DNA from: the human T2T-CHM13v2.0 reference genome, Homo sapiens
Assembly (NCBI RefSeq): GCF_009914755.1
Contig: NC_060938.1
Direction: 5' to 3' (one strand)
DNA length: 64,000 nt
The position numbers and the translations under genes are program-made. Under the pieces are notes generated by a model that did not search any database, was not told where the DNA came from, and saw nothing but the letters and a program-made list of their open reading frames with translations. This document shows positions 11,071-25,692 of the stretch, piece after piece. Positions within the stretch are counted from its first letter, which is position 1; each line of letters starts with the position of its first letter.

Positions 11071-12174
11071 CTACCCAAGTCTTCTTGCAAGGCAGATCGA
11101 TAGTGATTCATATAGTACACTCGTGCTGAAGCATTTTGGTGAACTAAGGTAGCGATGAAGCTTTTTATCATTTGAAGGGAGCAGTAAGCAGGTTCCTATT
11201 ACTATTATAACTTCTATTTTAAGAGTTTTAAATCCTCCTAGCACTGGGAACCATTTTCCAAACATGGCCCCAGGATCAAATCCGTGCCACACTTGCAAGG
11301 GCAAATGTGCCAGTTTTGTCATATCTCTAACTATGTCTTCAACTACTTGTCCTTGATCATCTATTTGTAGACAGCAATTAGTATGGTTAAATTTCCCACA
11401 GACCCCTCCTTCAGCTGCTAGCAAGTAGTCGAGAGCCAATCTATTTTGATGGATAGCATTTCTCATCTGAGTTTCTTGCTGGGCCAGAATAGTCAAGGCT
11501 CTGCTGGTTTTATTAGTGATCATTTCTAAGATAGCTTATAACCGTATGATTCAGTTGATCATGTAAATGGGGATCCGGTATCCCCACGAGCCATCTTGTG
11601 CCCAAGTAGCAGGCCCATAATATTGTATGCTTCTCTCAGGGGGCCATTCATGATCTGTCCAGTTCCCTATAGCTATACTTCTCTTTTCACAGGAAGCATA
11701 GACAGGGAAGCCCAGGATTTCGCCTGTCTTTACGGGCAGTAGGAAGAAAGATGGTTTAATAGTGCCAGTAACACAACTACCTGCCCACTGGTCAAGTAAT
11801 TTGGCATAAGCTCTATGCCCACAGTATAATCCAGTGGGGGCTGTCCAGTCCCGGTGGGACTCCGGGTGGGTCCACACAATTTGCAACTTTGGGAATTTAC
11901 TAAATGGATTTTTCTTAGTGTGATTTGAACTCCACTAGGTGGCTGCAAATTTGTGGTACTATTATGCAGTTTTTGCTCAAGGCAGCTGAGTCTTCCCACA
12001 GGAAGGGTGAAGTCCTTCCCCATTCTTGCTATACAGTATTGTCTAATGATTGAGGCGTTTAGGACACAGAAGTTATCAGGGTGATTCTTTTGAGCTGGGA
12101 ATTCATCAGGAACTGGGTCTGTAGGTACTAATTCTCATGCTTCTCATGGCCATTGATCTCTCATTACAGTTCCT
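11071..12174 (-). pseudogene. env: HERV-E/Harlequin envelope (SU C-terminal half + TM), disrupted
   Basis: ORFs 11730-12023, 11551-11886 and 11071-11523 give GKDFTLPVGRLSCL; decayed furin site CEKR/SIAIG; [15 protein letters not shown]; immunosuppressive domain [18 protein letters not shown]; [10 protein letters not shown]; membrane anchor [12 protein letters not shown]; frameshifts and a stop separate them. Confidence 0.93.
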
Positions 12175-13084
12175 TGAATTAGAAAACATATATTCTTAGG
12201 AAAAGCATTCTAGATCAAATTTTATTTGCCTTTTGGCAGGGAACGAAGGCAAACTTTGTAATTTCTATTCAATTTGTGTAAACTTTTCCAATTCTCTATT
12301 AGTTAAATTTGAGGTTAATTGTCCATGTACACTTCTAGCTTGGCTTGTCAATTGTGTCTATTTCTTGCTTACGAAAGTAGATAAATCTTATCTTTCCCGA
12401 GCCCATTTATTTTATCTCTATTACTATACAGCCAGGCTCTCAGGTTTTCTTACACTTATTTTATTACAGTTTTCTTATTACTGGACTTCCCTCACACTAG
12501 TGATGCATTGCCACTGGCCTTTTGTCTTTCAATTCTCTGTCATAATAAAAGGAAAATACCCCTAAAAAAGTCACATTGGAGAGTGTGCAGTAAGAGGATT
12601 AAATCACAGTCTATAATCCTGCACCTTTATTTCTCTGGGTGAAGTAATATCACAGATTTTCATATCTATGAAAATACATTGCTACAAATGAGCTCCGTAG
12701 ATCCCTAAGTAAATTACAAAAACAGAAGGCCAGTGTATAGCAGAGATAAAAAGTTGTTTTTCTAATAAGTAATCATTAATTTATAGGCTGATAAATTTAT
12801 GGTCAACTCAGAAATATTATTCTGCCTCTTGCCACCATTTTTAATATTTCTCTTATCCATATTCCTCTCTAGGGAAGCAAGAAATATGAAATGATTAGTT
12901 AATTGAAAATAGAAAGCTCAGATACTGTAGCAATACTTTCTCTGAGGTAGACAGAAAATAAATTAGAAGTAGATGAGGCCAAGTATTGGGGAATTAATGA
13001 TAGCTTATCTGTGACCCTAGTTGTGACCAGTGTCCTGTATGTGAAGAGAATACTTTTTAATATGATTCTTTTAAAAGGTATCTT

Positions 13085-13299
13085 ACACATGACTAATCAT
13101 CAAGGAAATAGAAACCAAACCCACAAAGAAATAGTAACTTAAACCTGTTAGGATGGCTCTTATCAAAAAGACAAGAAGTAACAAGTGTTGCCAAAGGTGT
13201 GGAAGGACGAAAGGGAAAACTTGTACACTGTAGGTGGGAATGTCACTGTGGAAGACAGCATGGAGGTTCCTCAAAACATTAAAAATAGAACTACCATGA
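13085..13299 (+). mobile_element. L1M ORF2 3' fragment
   Basis: cctgttaggatggctcttatcaaaaagacaag ... ggaggttcctcaaaacattaaaaatagaactaccat. Confidence 0.85.
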
Positions 13300-13617
13300 G
13301 GTGTCATGGCTAATGCCTATAATCCCAGCAGTTTGGTAGGCCGAATTGGGTGGATAGCTTGAGCTCAGGGGTTGGAGACAAGCCTGAGCAACATGGCAAA
13401 ACTCTGTCTTTACAAAAAAACAGACCAAAAAAAAAATTACATGGGTGTGAGGTGTTTTGGCACATGCCTGTGGTCCCAATTACTGGGAGGCTGAGGTTAC
13501 CGGGAGGCTCAGGTGAGAGGATCACCTGAACCGAGAGAGCTTGAGGCTGCAGTGAGCTGTGAGTACACCACTGCATTCCAACCTGGACAACAGACCCCAT
13601 TTCAAAGAAAATAAAAA
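13300..13617 (+). mobile_element. Alu SINE, AluJ-like
   Basis: ggatagcttgagctcagg and gaggctgcagtgagctgtga AluJ diagnostics; internal duplication gggaggctgaggttaccgggaggctcagg. Confidence 0.9.
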
Positions 13618-13619
13618 CC

Positions 13620-14380
13620 CCAAATTTCATCATCTAAATCCTCTCAGTCAGGTATGAGTGAGGTTCTGAGTCTAATAGATTTTTACCATAATTTGTCCAA
13701 TGACCTGTGAAATCAATGAAATAGTTTATCTGTCCCCAAAATAAAGTGGCAAAACAGGTGTAGGAAAACAGCTATAGACATTTTCGGTGTAAAAAGGGAG
13801 ACAATAAAAGGGAAAAAACGAGTAATTAGTCTTAAGAAATTTTAAAATCCAGTAGTAAAAACCCTGTTAGCTTTTAAGGCATGAGCATAATTTTCTATGG
13901 TTTTTGAATCCATCCTTCCTTTTTTCTTTTGTTTTCATTAAAGGAAGCAGATGTTTACAGCTGAATAGATTTATCAGCCAACAGAATTTCTGGGGATCAA
14001 GAATCTTCTCTCATTTCGTGCTACTTGTCCCCCTTTAAGTTCAAGCCATCAATCTTTCTGCTGTTACATAAATCCCTATCACTTTGTGCATCTCCTAATA
14101 TGTCATAGGGGTTCATAGCATTAAACAGGACACATTTCTTATGGAATCCTATTGCTATTTTGTCTTTCTACGTTGAAAGAACAATTGCTAAAGAACAATT
14201 GCCTCAAGCTTCCTTAAGGCCCCTGTTTAGATTGAGAAAATATGAGAATCACATACTTAACCTCTCAGAGCCTTTTGTATAACTAAGTACTTTGTTCTTT
14301 TGCTACTTTTTATTTAAAGTTCCGCTTAAAAAAAATCTATCACTCACCTCTAGCATTTCCTTATAAATAATCACTTGGTT
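13620..14380 (-). mobile_element. MaLR internal (MLT-int) remnant
   Basis: catcatctaaatc...tcaggtatgagtgagg; gtggcaaaacaggtgtaggaaaacagctatagacattt resemble reverse MaLR internal sequence. Confidence 0.5.
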
Positions 14381-16454
14381 TTTCCAATAAAGGTAAACAG
14401 AAATCTTACTCTTACTCTTGCACTGAAACACTTAAAAAACAAAAGGATATTCTCTATGCTCTGTTCTCTTCTGTTATCATTTTGGAAGTATGTGATGAGA
14501 ATTGGGTGGGCCTCTACCAGCTTTCTCTGATCATTAAACTATTTTTATTTTAAACTATTGAGTATTTGGGATTATTTGTTACTGCAGCATAATGTAGCCT
14601 ACGTTGACTGTAAGATAAGAAATTTCAGTAGATTTCTGTTAAATGCAATGGATTGCCATGGTAGAGAAATGAAAGGGAAATTAAGGAAAGATATCAGTAA
14701 GAACCAAATCACTTTTATAGGAGCATGGCTATAAGGAAGATAAATAAGACTGTAGGCCAAGAAAGGGCTACTTAAATATTGGTGTTTTTTGATATGAATA
14801 CACTGGAGAAGAAAAATTGATTCTGTAATAAGGATAGAATAATTTATAGGGATAAGATTCCCAGGCAGTTAAAAGAGATTGGAATGCAAAAAAAAGTGAC
14901 TTGCCTTAGTTTGTAAAAGAGTAATTTAATCTATTAAGCGGATTAGAAAGTTGACAAATTTTAAGGCTGGATTGTGGAATTTTGTGTGGCAGAGGAATCA
15001 AGTCTTGCCATTTTCAAGGAGCCGAGGGTGGGAATGGCAACATTTCCACATTTATTATTTTCACTTCTCCACAGATCCTTGTCTGGACCTTTTTTCAAAA
15101 CACAAGATAAGAGCAATGTTGACCAGAAAATAAATAAAATAGCAAACATGGCATCACATACTTGACTTCAGGTAAACTTTTCAAGTTAACATTTCAATGT
15201 AAGTTGAAATGAAATGTGTGAGATTAATTTGCAAGGCCATGTATACTTTTCTTATTTTGTTTATAAATATCTGGTCTAATACAAAGCATTGTTAAAAAAC
15301 ATCTTTGGAAATCCTACACATTTAATAAGCTGACTTTAAATTTACATATGATAAGAAAGATTGAATTTAATCCCAAACTATGAAATTATGAAGTTACAAA
15401 CTTGTTGTGTTCTATATTATTGAGCAGTTGATAAAAAATCTAATATATATAAAAATTTAGAATTGCTGATTGGAAGCCATTCTTCCCTTCATCAAATGAT
15501 AAAAAGTAATTGAATCAATAATATTGTCTTATTTTTTTATTCAAAAGGAGTTCAATGTCTCCTTACCATTGAGACCTAATACATCCTTCTATTTCCACCC
15601 ACTGAAAAAGAATCAGTTTTATACTTGCTTGCTAAGTTATTTTTCTAACTCTGCATGCCTCAGGGAAAGCTAATTAAAACTGTTGGCTGTTAAAAAACTA
15701 TTTTTCTTTACTTAACCTTGTAAGTTTCTCAGTATTTTGAAAATACAAAAATGTATTAAAGGGACAAATATAATTCTGCAATGTGTTTTAGTTTGAATTT
15801 ATTTCTTCTTTACAGTGAGATACTTGAAAATCAAACTCATGTTATTTTTTCCAATATGCTTAACCTAGACCAGAGAGAATTATACAACTGAATATTCTAT
15901 CTAAAATTGAATATTCTATGTGAAATCAATATTTTTATAAAATTGGTTCATTGTGAAGATTTCTGGCTTCCTTAGTCATCTGAAAGTGAACTCAAAATCT
16001 TGAAGTACCAAAAAAATTTCAATGTAGGCCTTCATTTATTGGAAATATATGTTATAACCCATAATGTGGCAACTTCAGGACATTAATGAGACAATTGTAT
16101 GTTAAATTGGAATGCAGATCAAAATAGTGAGGACAAATCTGCATAGAACAGCTATCAGGGAACACAACTATGAAACACAGCCATATGCTGTAACTTAAAA
16201 AAAAGTAACATCCCAGCCATTCATTAAATTGCGGCTGTGTGTAAAGCCCCATGCTAAGACCTACATTGAATTACTGATATAATCCCCAGAATTCTTTAGA
16301 GTTGAGTTTACATCAGAGAAATTTGGACATTGGGTAGTTTAGATAATTTTGCCTTGATCAAAAAGATTAAAAATGGGCAAGACCTACTTTTAAACCTAAA
16401 TGTTTCTGAACTTAATGCATATGTTGAAGCAGAGGCAAAAACAGTCCTACAGAT

Positions 16455-16600
16455 CAACATTCTTTTACTGTAGTGTGCATCGGAATCACCTGGAGCTTTC
16501 TGGTGATTTGGTCAAGAGTGGGGCCCAAGATATAGCATTTCAACAATTTCCCAGTTGCTGATGCTGCTGGTCTGAGGCTCATACTTGAGAACAACTGCTA
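16455..16600. mobile_element. MER5A hAT-Charlie MITE
   Basis: gtgtgcatcggaatcacctggag ... gtggggcccaaga ... gctgatgctgctggtctgaggctcatacttgagaacaactg. Confidence 0.85.
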
Positions 16601-16849
16601 TGGATTTCAGTAGTCATTCTATCGGTATTTATTGTCACTCTGAACCATGAAGAAACATTTGGGTTATGCTCAATAGACTATGTAAGGACACAAGGAAACA
16701 TGTAATACTTTTAAGAAAAACTTTCATCAAAATATATATTGTTCGGGAGATTCATCATCATTCACAAGTAGAAAACTTCATTCCCTAAATTTGTCCTAAA
16801 AGAAGTGCTGCCCAATTAAGAATAGATCTTGTAACATTTTCAATGTTAC

Positions 16850-19410
16850 TAATTTATGTGTAGTATGATTATGTCAGGACTTACTTGGGCAATGCCAATA
16901 ATACATATAACTTTAAGTGCCAATCTCAGAGCCTTAGAAAATAGAAGCAAGATTCCCTTGTCAGTCTGTATTCTCAGGTAAATGGTAACACCTGTTCCAA
17001 ACTCCCTCCTACTCACAGACATACACCATGTCATTGTTGATTGGGCTGAGCCCACTGATTCTTTCGTAATGCCATAAATTTTTCTTAACCAAGAAATGAA
17101 CAGCAAGTGATAATTCTAATTAGTTGATTGGTAGCTCACTACTGAAAGCACAGGTTTTTTGACTCAAAGTCTTCATTCCTATCTAGATATGTAAAGCTGT
17201 CACATCTTAAGATATTGATTGGTGAGCATGTAATTAGCCTTGAAAAATTCTAAAGTAAATGTCCTGCCTAGGGTAACAATAGTGATGAGTATGCTGCAGT
17301 GAAATTGTGTTTCCTTATCTTAGTGAGGATAATGGGATCACAGAACAGTAGAAGCCAGGTAGACACAATTTATATTCAGAGACAAGGTAAGAACAATTAC
17401 CATATAAATTGTAATCAGAGTTTTGACATGCAAGAATCTGTGGTTTATTTGATTACAGAACCTTTAAAAATGAACTAGGGGAACAGCCTGTTAAGGTGTG
17501 TTTATTTGATACTTACAGGTAGCAAACTTCTACTTCTTATGGGAAAAAAAAAAAAAAAAAACCTACTTAAAGGTAGCACACTGTAGTGGAGATTCACAAT
17601 GTTTAACCCAAGACTATCCCTTTGAAACAGAACACTGCTATGAATCACCAAGTGTACACCAGTGAATCGTTCTGCAATTCATCCTCAATAGTATTAGTAG
17701 CCACTTGTTAGCATGAATTTGCCCTTAGAAAATAAAAATTCTCAGCATTTCTGTGAGTTGTTTGATTTGGGCTCTGAACTAAAGGTAATCCTTGGGGAAT
17801 TAATTCACTGTTGTGGTTTAATCTCAAAAAGAAGTTTAAAGAAGTTCAGGTAATGGGTAGAGCATTGGCTCTAATTGATCTCATATTGATCCAGGGAGAT
17901 TATAGCTATGGTTTTGGTTCTTTGACCAGCACCAAAATATAAAGTGTATTGACATATTTATTATTATTACAAGCACAATCTCTAGATATTAGATTCACCC
18001 ATAGACGGTATTTTATGATAAGAAGGGCAAATGGAAACCATTGTAACTCTCACACATTTCAAATATGTTTCTATTATATAAACCAAAAGCAATTCCACAC
18101 AGTAACTGCAGCTGTGATTCCAGGTATATATATTTAATAGAATAATGGGCATAATATCTAGCCCTGGTATAAGCTTTTGACCTGAAAAATCATTATATAT
18201 TTCCATCTTCAATCAGCGAATGAAATCAGAAAAGAATATTAGGAGTTTGTTTACTCTTGATGTGACCACAGGATAAATTTATTCTCAGACTAGACTATAA
18301 CACTCTTTGTGTATCTGTCACAATATAGTCCAGAGACCTTGACTGGCTTCACGTACTGCACAGCACTAATCTGACGCATTACATCATGATAAGTGGACCT
18401 GAAAAGGAGGAAGTTTCACATATCCTATATGCCTTATTAAGATATGTATGAGAGGGTGGGAGAAACACCTCATAGATGTTTGGTAGCCAAAAACATCAGT
18501 TAAATCCTTAAGGTCTGAGACATGTTGCAATATGTCTTCTGAAGTGAGAGACACCTCACTTGACCTCTTAAGATATTGTTGGTTACAAATAATCTATTAG
18601 GGAAAGCTGCTTCAGTCATTTACTTGGCAACTTGTAAGGCTGTTCATTTTAAAAGAGACTCAGATCTATGGTACATGCTGCACAATCAATTGGAACTATC
18701 TTTCTATCAGACATAGGCAGTCAAATGCCTGGGGCAGACAGAAACTTTCTACCTATGGTAACCTCAGTAGAGAAATGCTACATAGAGCTCTTGATTTCAG
18801 GGCAAGGCCAATCCATTTGTTGCCGACTACTAACGTGGGAGAAAAACATCTCCTGACTTGCTCCTGGGCCCTAGTAAATCTGAATGACTGACAATGGGGC
18901 ACCAAGTAACTGTGCAACCTAAAATGCCCGTTGTGAATTGGGTTTGTGTAACTCACTAGACAATAAAATGGGATGTGCATAACGGAAGTTTATTATAGTA
19001 TAAAAATTACACATAAATAGCAGGCTAAAACTGGTCCAAAAGACCCAAGTTAATTGCAGAAGTTTGGTTTGCTACTTCTCTGTCAAGGGGACCTATGGCC
19101 TCTGACCAGTTAATGGTAGAAAAACAAATAGCCTTTGTTTAAGGATGCCATCTTTCACCGTATGCCATCTTTCACAGAACTGGATGGCTGCACCACTAAC
19201 AGGTGGCTCTGCACAACAGTGGAAAGTGAAATCTTCACAGTGAGAAGAATTTCAGGTGATACAACTAGTATCAGATTATACAACTGGTATTATATGCTTC
19301 ATGTGAAAGGAAAAATGGGAACAAGAATGAGAAATGAATAGGAAATTTTTGGAGAGGAGGCATGGGGCTGGACCTCTTGTAATGAGAACATAGTGACAAG
19401 GTAAGTCAAT
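16850..19410 (+). pseudogene. Decayed ERVL internal region (gag-pro-pol)
   Basis: Protease-like LFDLGSELKVILG at 17758-17796; RT-region gtaactgcagctgtgattccag (PIAAAVPD-like) near 18102; EKHLLTCSWALV..LTMGHQVTVQPKMPVVNWV at 18841-18944, matching HERV-L pol; many stops and frameshifts. Confidence 0.8.
18394..18608 (+). repeat. Inverted repeat arm 1 (donor copy, 215 bp)
   Basis: Reverse complement of 19877-20091 with 4 mismatches. Confidence 0.97.
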
Positions 19411-19420
19411 AAATATATGA

Positions 19421-19711
19421 GGCCGGGCATGGTGGCACACACCTGTAATCCCAGTACTTTGGGAGGCCGAAGGGGATGGATCATCTGAGGCCAGGAATTC
19501 GAGACTGGCCTGGCCAACGTGGTGAAACTCTGTCTCTACTAAAAATACAAAAAGTAGCCAGGCGTGGTGGCACGTACCTGTAATCCCAGCTACTAGGGAG
19601 GAGGGAAGAGAATCACTTGAACCCGGGAGGCAGAGGTTGGAGTGAGCCGAGATCACGACACTTCACTCCAGGCTGGGTGACAGAGTAAGAATTCATATTA
19701 AAAAAAAAAAA
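19421..19711 (+). mobile_element. Alu SINE, AluSx/Sz-like
   Basis: ggccgggcatggtggcacacacctgtaatcccag ... poly-A; probable TSD atatatga at 19413-19420 and 19851-19858. Confidence 0.95.
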
Positions 19712-19856
19712 TATATATATATATATATACACACACACATGTATATATAAATGTGTGTATATACGTATATATACACACACGTGTGTATATGTATATACGT
19801 GTGTATATGTATATATGCGTATATGTATGCATGTGTGTGTATATATATGTATATAT
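19712..19856. repeat. Compound (TA)n/(CA)n/(TG)n microsatellite grown from the Alu tail
   Basis: Alternating purine-pyrimidine tract of about 145 bp directly after the poly-A. Confidence 0.9.
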
Positions 19857-19876
19857 GAGATGCAAAAAAGAGTTAT

Positions 19877-20091
19877 AGCTTTCCCTAATAGATTATTTGT
19901 AACCAATAATATCTTAAGAGGTCAAGCGAGGTGTCTCTCACTTCAGAAGACATACTGCAACATGTCTCAGACCTTAAGGATTTAACTGATGTTTTTGGCT
20001 ACCAAACATCCATGAGGTGTTTCTCCCACCCTCTCATACATATCTTAATAAGGCATATAGGATATGTGAAACTTCCTCCTTTTCAGGTCCA
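19877..20091 (-). repeat. Inverted repeat arm 2 (inserted copy, 215 bp)
   Basis: Reverse complement of 18394-18608 with 4 mismatches. Confidence 0.97.
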
Positions 20092-20254
20092 GTGCTAATA
20101 CCATGAGTACTGTTTCATATACATATCATAAAATACCATATATACACATATATGTGTGTGTATATATGAGTGTATATATATATAGTACTTTAATTTTGTT
20201 TTGTTGTCTGTCTCAGGAGAGTAGCTATAAACTCTACAAAAACTTTAGTCTTGA

Positions 20255-21065
20255 CCTTATAGGGCTCCAGGGATTTGGTCATAGTAGTTTACGATGTGCT
20301 GTCTCTATCCTGTCTGACAGCCTAATGCCTAAGTGTCCAGCTTGTTACCAGGTAGTTCTCTCACAGAACACTTTTTTATACTTGCAGATGCCCTTGTGTC
20401 TCTTGTTTGAACTATGTCCAGTTTATTGCTACCAAGATAGCCACACTCTAGGATAGACCCCTGATAGGAAAACAAGCTAGGTTTAGGTATCTGGGTCAGG
20501 CCAGACACAGAGAAAGCAACTCAGCAAAAGCATGAATTAGAAAGGCAGTTTATTACGGGTCCTACATAGAAGAGGGCAGCACACCTTGCAGTACCAATGG
20601 AAAAGGAGGAGCCATTTAGGATATGCATACTTAATCAGTTGGTGGAGATGAGGAGAGAGAAATGGAGCAATGAACCTATGGACTAAAGACATTATTAGGG
20701 TCTAGGGCATTATCCAAGCAGGTTTTCCACAGGAAATTCTAATTAGTGGGTTAGGACAAGTAGGCACCAGTTCCCTGGAGGTAAGAGTCAAACTGTGACT
20801 GAGACATGGTCACTGTGTCATATCTGTGCAGTCCAAACCAGCTGTGGGGGCCAGTGGGACAAGTCAAGTAGTTAGCATCCAGCTGGGTCATAAGCAGGTG
20901 GTATAAGGCATATATCTGGGTTAAGTACATGGAGAAACTATGAGAAGGTGGAGAACTGGAACTGGAAAATGTCAAGGGTGGCTCTGTCCTGCTTTTGATA
21001 TAAGAAAATTAAACTTCTATTTAAAAATGAATGCCAAAGCAACATAAAAGTATGGGAATTTACTA
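20255..21065 (-). mobile_element. Old LTR-like element, family unassigned
   Basis: GC-elevated block with LTR-like reverse poly-A region (ccagtttattgctacc) and gggtcaggccagacacagag motifs. Confidence 0.4.
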
Positions 21066-23069
21066 CTCTCTCTCTCTCTCTATATAGTAAATATATAAAG
21101 ATATATATATAGAGAGAAATATTTCTCTATAGTTACTTTTTCTCTCTCTATATATGTATGTATACATATATATATAAAGAGATTTTTTTACAAATACGCA
21201 CACAAATATGAATGCACATATGTATAATTTTAAAAAGTAAAACTCATCAATTATACTTTCATACCTGGCCTAAATATATGAATACCTAGTTGGCACAGTG
21301 AGCAGAATGCAGTGTGTCTGATTGGAAGAATATTTTAGAATATCATCAAAAACTTTCAACTACATATATATTAAATTCAAGAATTTCTATAATTTTGTTT
21401 AGTAAAATCAAGTGATATGGTTTCAAGAAATAGTGCTGTTAAAGAAGGAAGCAGCAATGAACATTTTAAACATTGTGCAGCATTCTCATGAGGAAAGACC
21501 CCCAAATCCGGAGTGTCTTTGCCACCCAGAAAAAATAACAGCATTATCCTCTAAGTGAACAAAGAAGGGTGAAGGAGAAGCAAATACAGTGGCTACATAA
21601 GCCATGATGTTAGATCAGTGGCTTTTCAACACATATGAAAGGTGCTGAAGTAAATTTATTGATTAGAACATGAGAAAATGTGTTGCAGTATTTTTTCAGT
21701 TACAATGTATATTATATAGATAGCAAAACACATATCCCCTTGAAGAAAAAAAGAATTATAATTATGCTTATAATAACCTGAGATTTAGAAATAACAAAAA
21801 TAAAGGACACAATAAGAATAAGGGGTAATGGCTCGCTCTTTTCTGGTGTTTGGTGATAAGGATTACCATTCATTCTTATATTGAAAAATAACATTTCATT
21901 GCATCTTCTGCTTTTCATTGCATACATTTTGTTCTTTCCTTCACAACTGCCATTGGTTGCACAACTGTAATTCAGTGTTAAACAAAAAAAGTCAGTATAA
22001 CCTGCCTTTCAATTCATATTTATTTTATACAACTTTTATTTGGGTGAATTAAAGTAGAAAGACATGTATAAAACAGATACTTTGGGCAACATAGATTAGG
22101 AAAGGCCAGGGTAAATGTTATTTATTATCCATTTTAATCTTATTTTGCACTTAATTAGAATAGTTTCATTCAGGATCTGTAATCTGACATTAATCTTCTT
22201 TTCTTAATATAGATGAAATATGAGCTTAATAAAAATTTTGTAACCTATCATCTTTAATTCAAACAGGATTTCTTACCCGTTACAGCTTTAGCTTTTCCCA
22301 GCAGCATGGTAATGTCAGTTATCATTTGTCTCTATAAGGAAATTTGAGAACATAAAGATCTTTTTATATATAAAATGATATTTGAAAATTTTCATGTATT
22401 TTGTGGCTTAGCCAGAAAGCTTCACATGAAGTATTACATATGACAGTTTTATCTGTGTTATCTATGCATAAAAGAAGGACATTAAGAAATTATTTTCATT
22501 TTTGTGGGCAAACAGGATATACAGTATAGAGAAGAATGTGGTTTTGGACTGAAATTTTTAAAATGATATTAAGTTGTTTTTCTGAATTATTTAGATATTT
22601 CCATATTTTGTATAGCTACTCAGAGTTTCCTGTATATAGATTGCTTATTTATAAACAAATGCTGGCTATGAAACTTTTCTTCTATTTTCCCGAAGTCTAC
22701 TTCTCAGAAAAAAAAATGACTAGTTGGGTTCAGGTAGAGAAAAAAATGATTTTTTTTTACTCATTCATAGCATGAAATGTTTATTGATTCAACAAGAATA
22801 TTTTATTATTGACCTTTTTACAATATATTAACCGTGTTTCTGTTTCAAATAAAGAACAGAAATCAGAATCAGCTTTTTATGACATCTGTGTACTATTTCT
22901 AGCTATCAATATTCTAAAATGTCTCTTCACAATCTTTTAAATAAAGCCCCAGCTTATAGGTATGTCATTAGATTGCTTTTGGTCTATCATTAGTAAAATC
23001 ACCTTTCTTCAGACTTTTACCAAAGAATGTTTGCTGCTTTTTTTTTCCTTTGTAAGAAACATTATAGAA

Positions 23070-24560
<1,491 letters not shown>

Positions 24561-24562
24561 AC

Positions 24563-24626
24563 TATTGTGTTAAGTGAAATAAGGCAAGCACACAGAGACA
24601 AATGCTGCATAATCGTACTCATATGT
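24563..24626 (+). mobile_element. L1M ORF2 end/3' UTR start (non-inverted part)
   Basis: attgtgttaagtgaaataaggcaagcacacagagacaaatgctgcataatcgtactcatatgt. Confidence 0.75.
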
Positions 24627-25144
24627 TGTGATGGTTAGTATTAAATGTCAACTCGATTGGATTGAAGGATGCAAAGTATTGTTTCTGGGTGTATCTGGGT
24701 GTTTCTGGGTGTTGCCAGAAGATGGTAACATTTGAGTCAGTGGATTAGGAGAGAAAAACCTACCCTCAAGAAGACCCACCCACAATATTGGTGGGCACCA
24801 TTCAGTCAGCTGCCAGCATTGCTAGAAAAAGCAGGCAGAAGGTGGAAGAAGCTGACTTGCTGAGTCTTCTGGCCTTCATCTTTTTGCTACGCTGGATGCT
24901 TTCTGCCCTCAAACATCAGACTCCAAGTTTTTCAGCTTTTGGACTCTTGGACCTATACCAGTGGTTTGCCAGGGGCTCTTGGGCCTGCAGCCGCAGACTG
25001 AAGGCTGCACTATTAGCTCCCCCACTTTTGAGATTTTGGGACTTGGACTGATCCATTTCTGGCTTCCTTGCTCCTCAACTTTCAGACGCCCTGTGGTGGG
25101 ACTTCACCTTTTGATCATGTGAGTCAGTTCTCCTCAATGAACTC
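24627..25144 (+). mobile_element. MLT2A (HERV-L) LTR
   Basis: tgtgatggttagtattaaatgtcaactcgattggattgaaggatgcaaagtattg ... ggacttcaccttttgatcatgtgagtca. Confidence 0.9.
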
Positions 25145-25487
25145 TGATATAGTTTGGCTGTATCCCCACCCAAATCTCACCTTGAATTGTAATAATCCTC
25201 CTGTGTCAAGGGTAGGAACAGGTGGAGATAATTGAATCATGGGAACGGTTTCTCCCACACTGTTCTCTTGGCAGTGAATAAGTCTCATGGGAGCTGATGG
25301 TTTTATAAATGGGAGATCCCCTGCACAAGCGCTCTTGGCTGCTGCCATGTAAGATGTGACTTTGCTCTTCATTCACCTTGAGCCATAATTGTGAGGCCTC
25401 TTCAGCCGTGTGACTGTGAGTCAATTAAACCTCTTTCCTTTATAATTACCCAGTCTTGGGCATGTCTTTACTAGCAGTGTGTAAAAT
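25145..25487 (+). mobile_element. THE1 (MaLR) LTR inserted into MLT2A
   Basis: tgatatagtttggctgtatccccacccaaatctcaccttgaattgtaataatcc ... caattaaacctctttcctttataattacccagtc. Confidence 0.92.
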
Positions 25488-25692
25488 AAGTGGGAGCTGA
25501 ACAATGAGAACACATGGGCACAGGGAGGGGAACATCACACACAGGGGCCTGTCAGGGGGTGGGGGCCTAGGGGAGGGAGAGCACTAGAAGAAATACCTAA
25601 TGTAGATGATGGGTTAATGTTTGTAGCAAACCATCATGGCATGTGTATACCTATGTAACAAACCTACACCTTCTGCACATGTATCCCAGAAC
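25488..25692 (+). mobile_element. L1PA7/8-like 3' UTR fragment without poly-A
   Basis: aagtgggagctgaacaatgagaacacatgggcacagggagggg ... cacatgtatcccagaact. Confidence 0.9.

Noticed and set aside
11071-11886. Domesticated syncytin/ERV3-like env gene
   Set aside because: No signal peptide or N-terminal SU, frameshifts and an in-frame stop, mutated furin site, no upstream LTR promoter
18609-19876. Spacer between the inverted arms as an inverted segment or a TIR transposon
   Set aside because: ERVL pol motifs stay in + orientation through the arm and spacer; no TSD or transposase; the arms are ERVL sequence
19613-19985. Y/T/H/V/C/I-rich ORFs (also 4229-4508)
   Set aside because: Products of dinucleotide microsatellites
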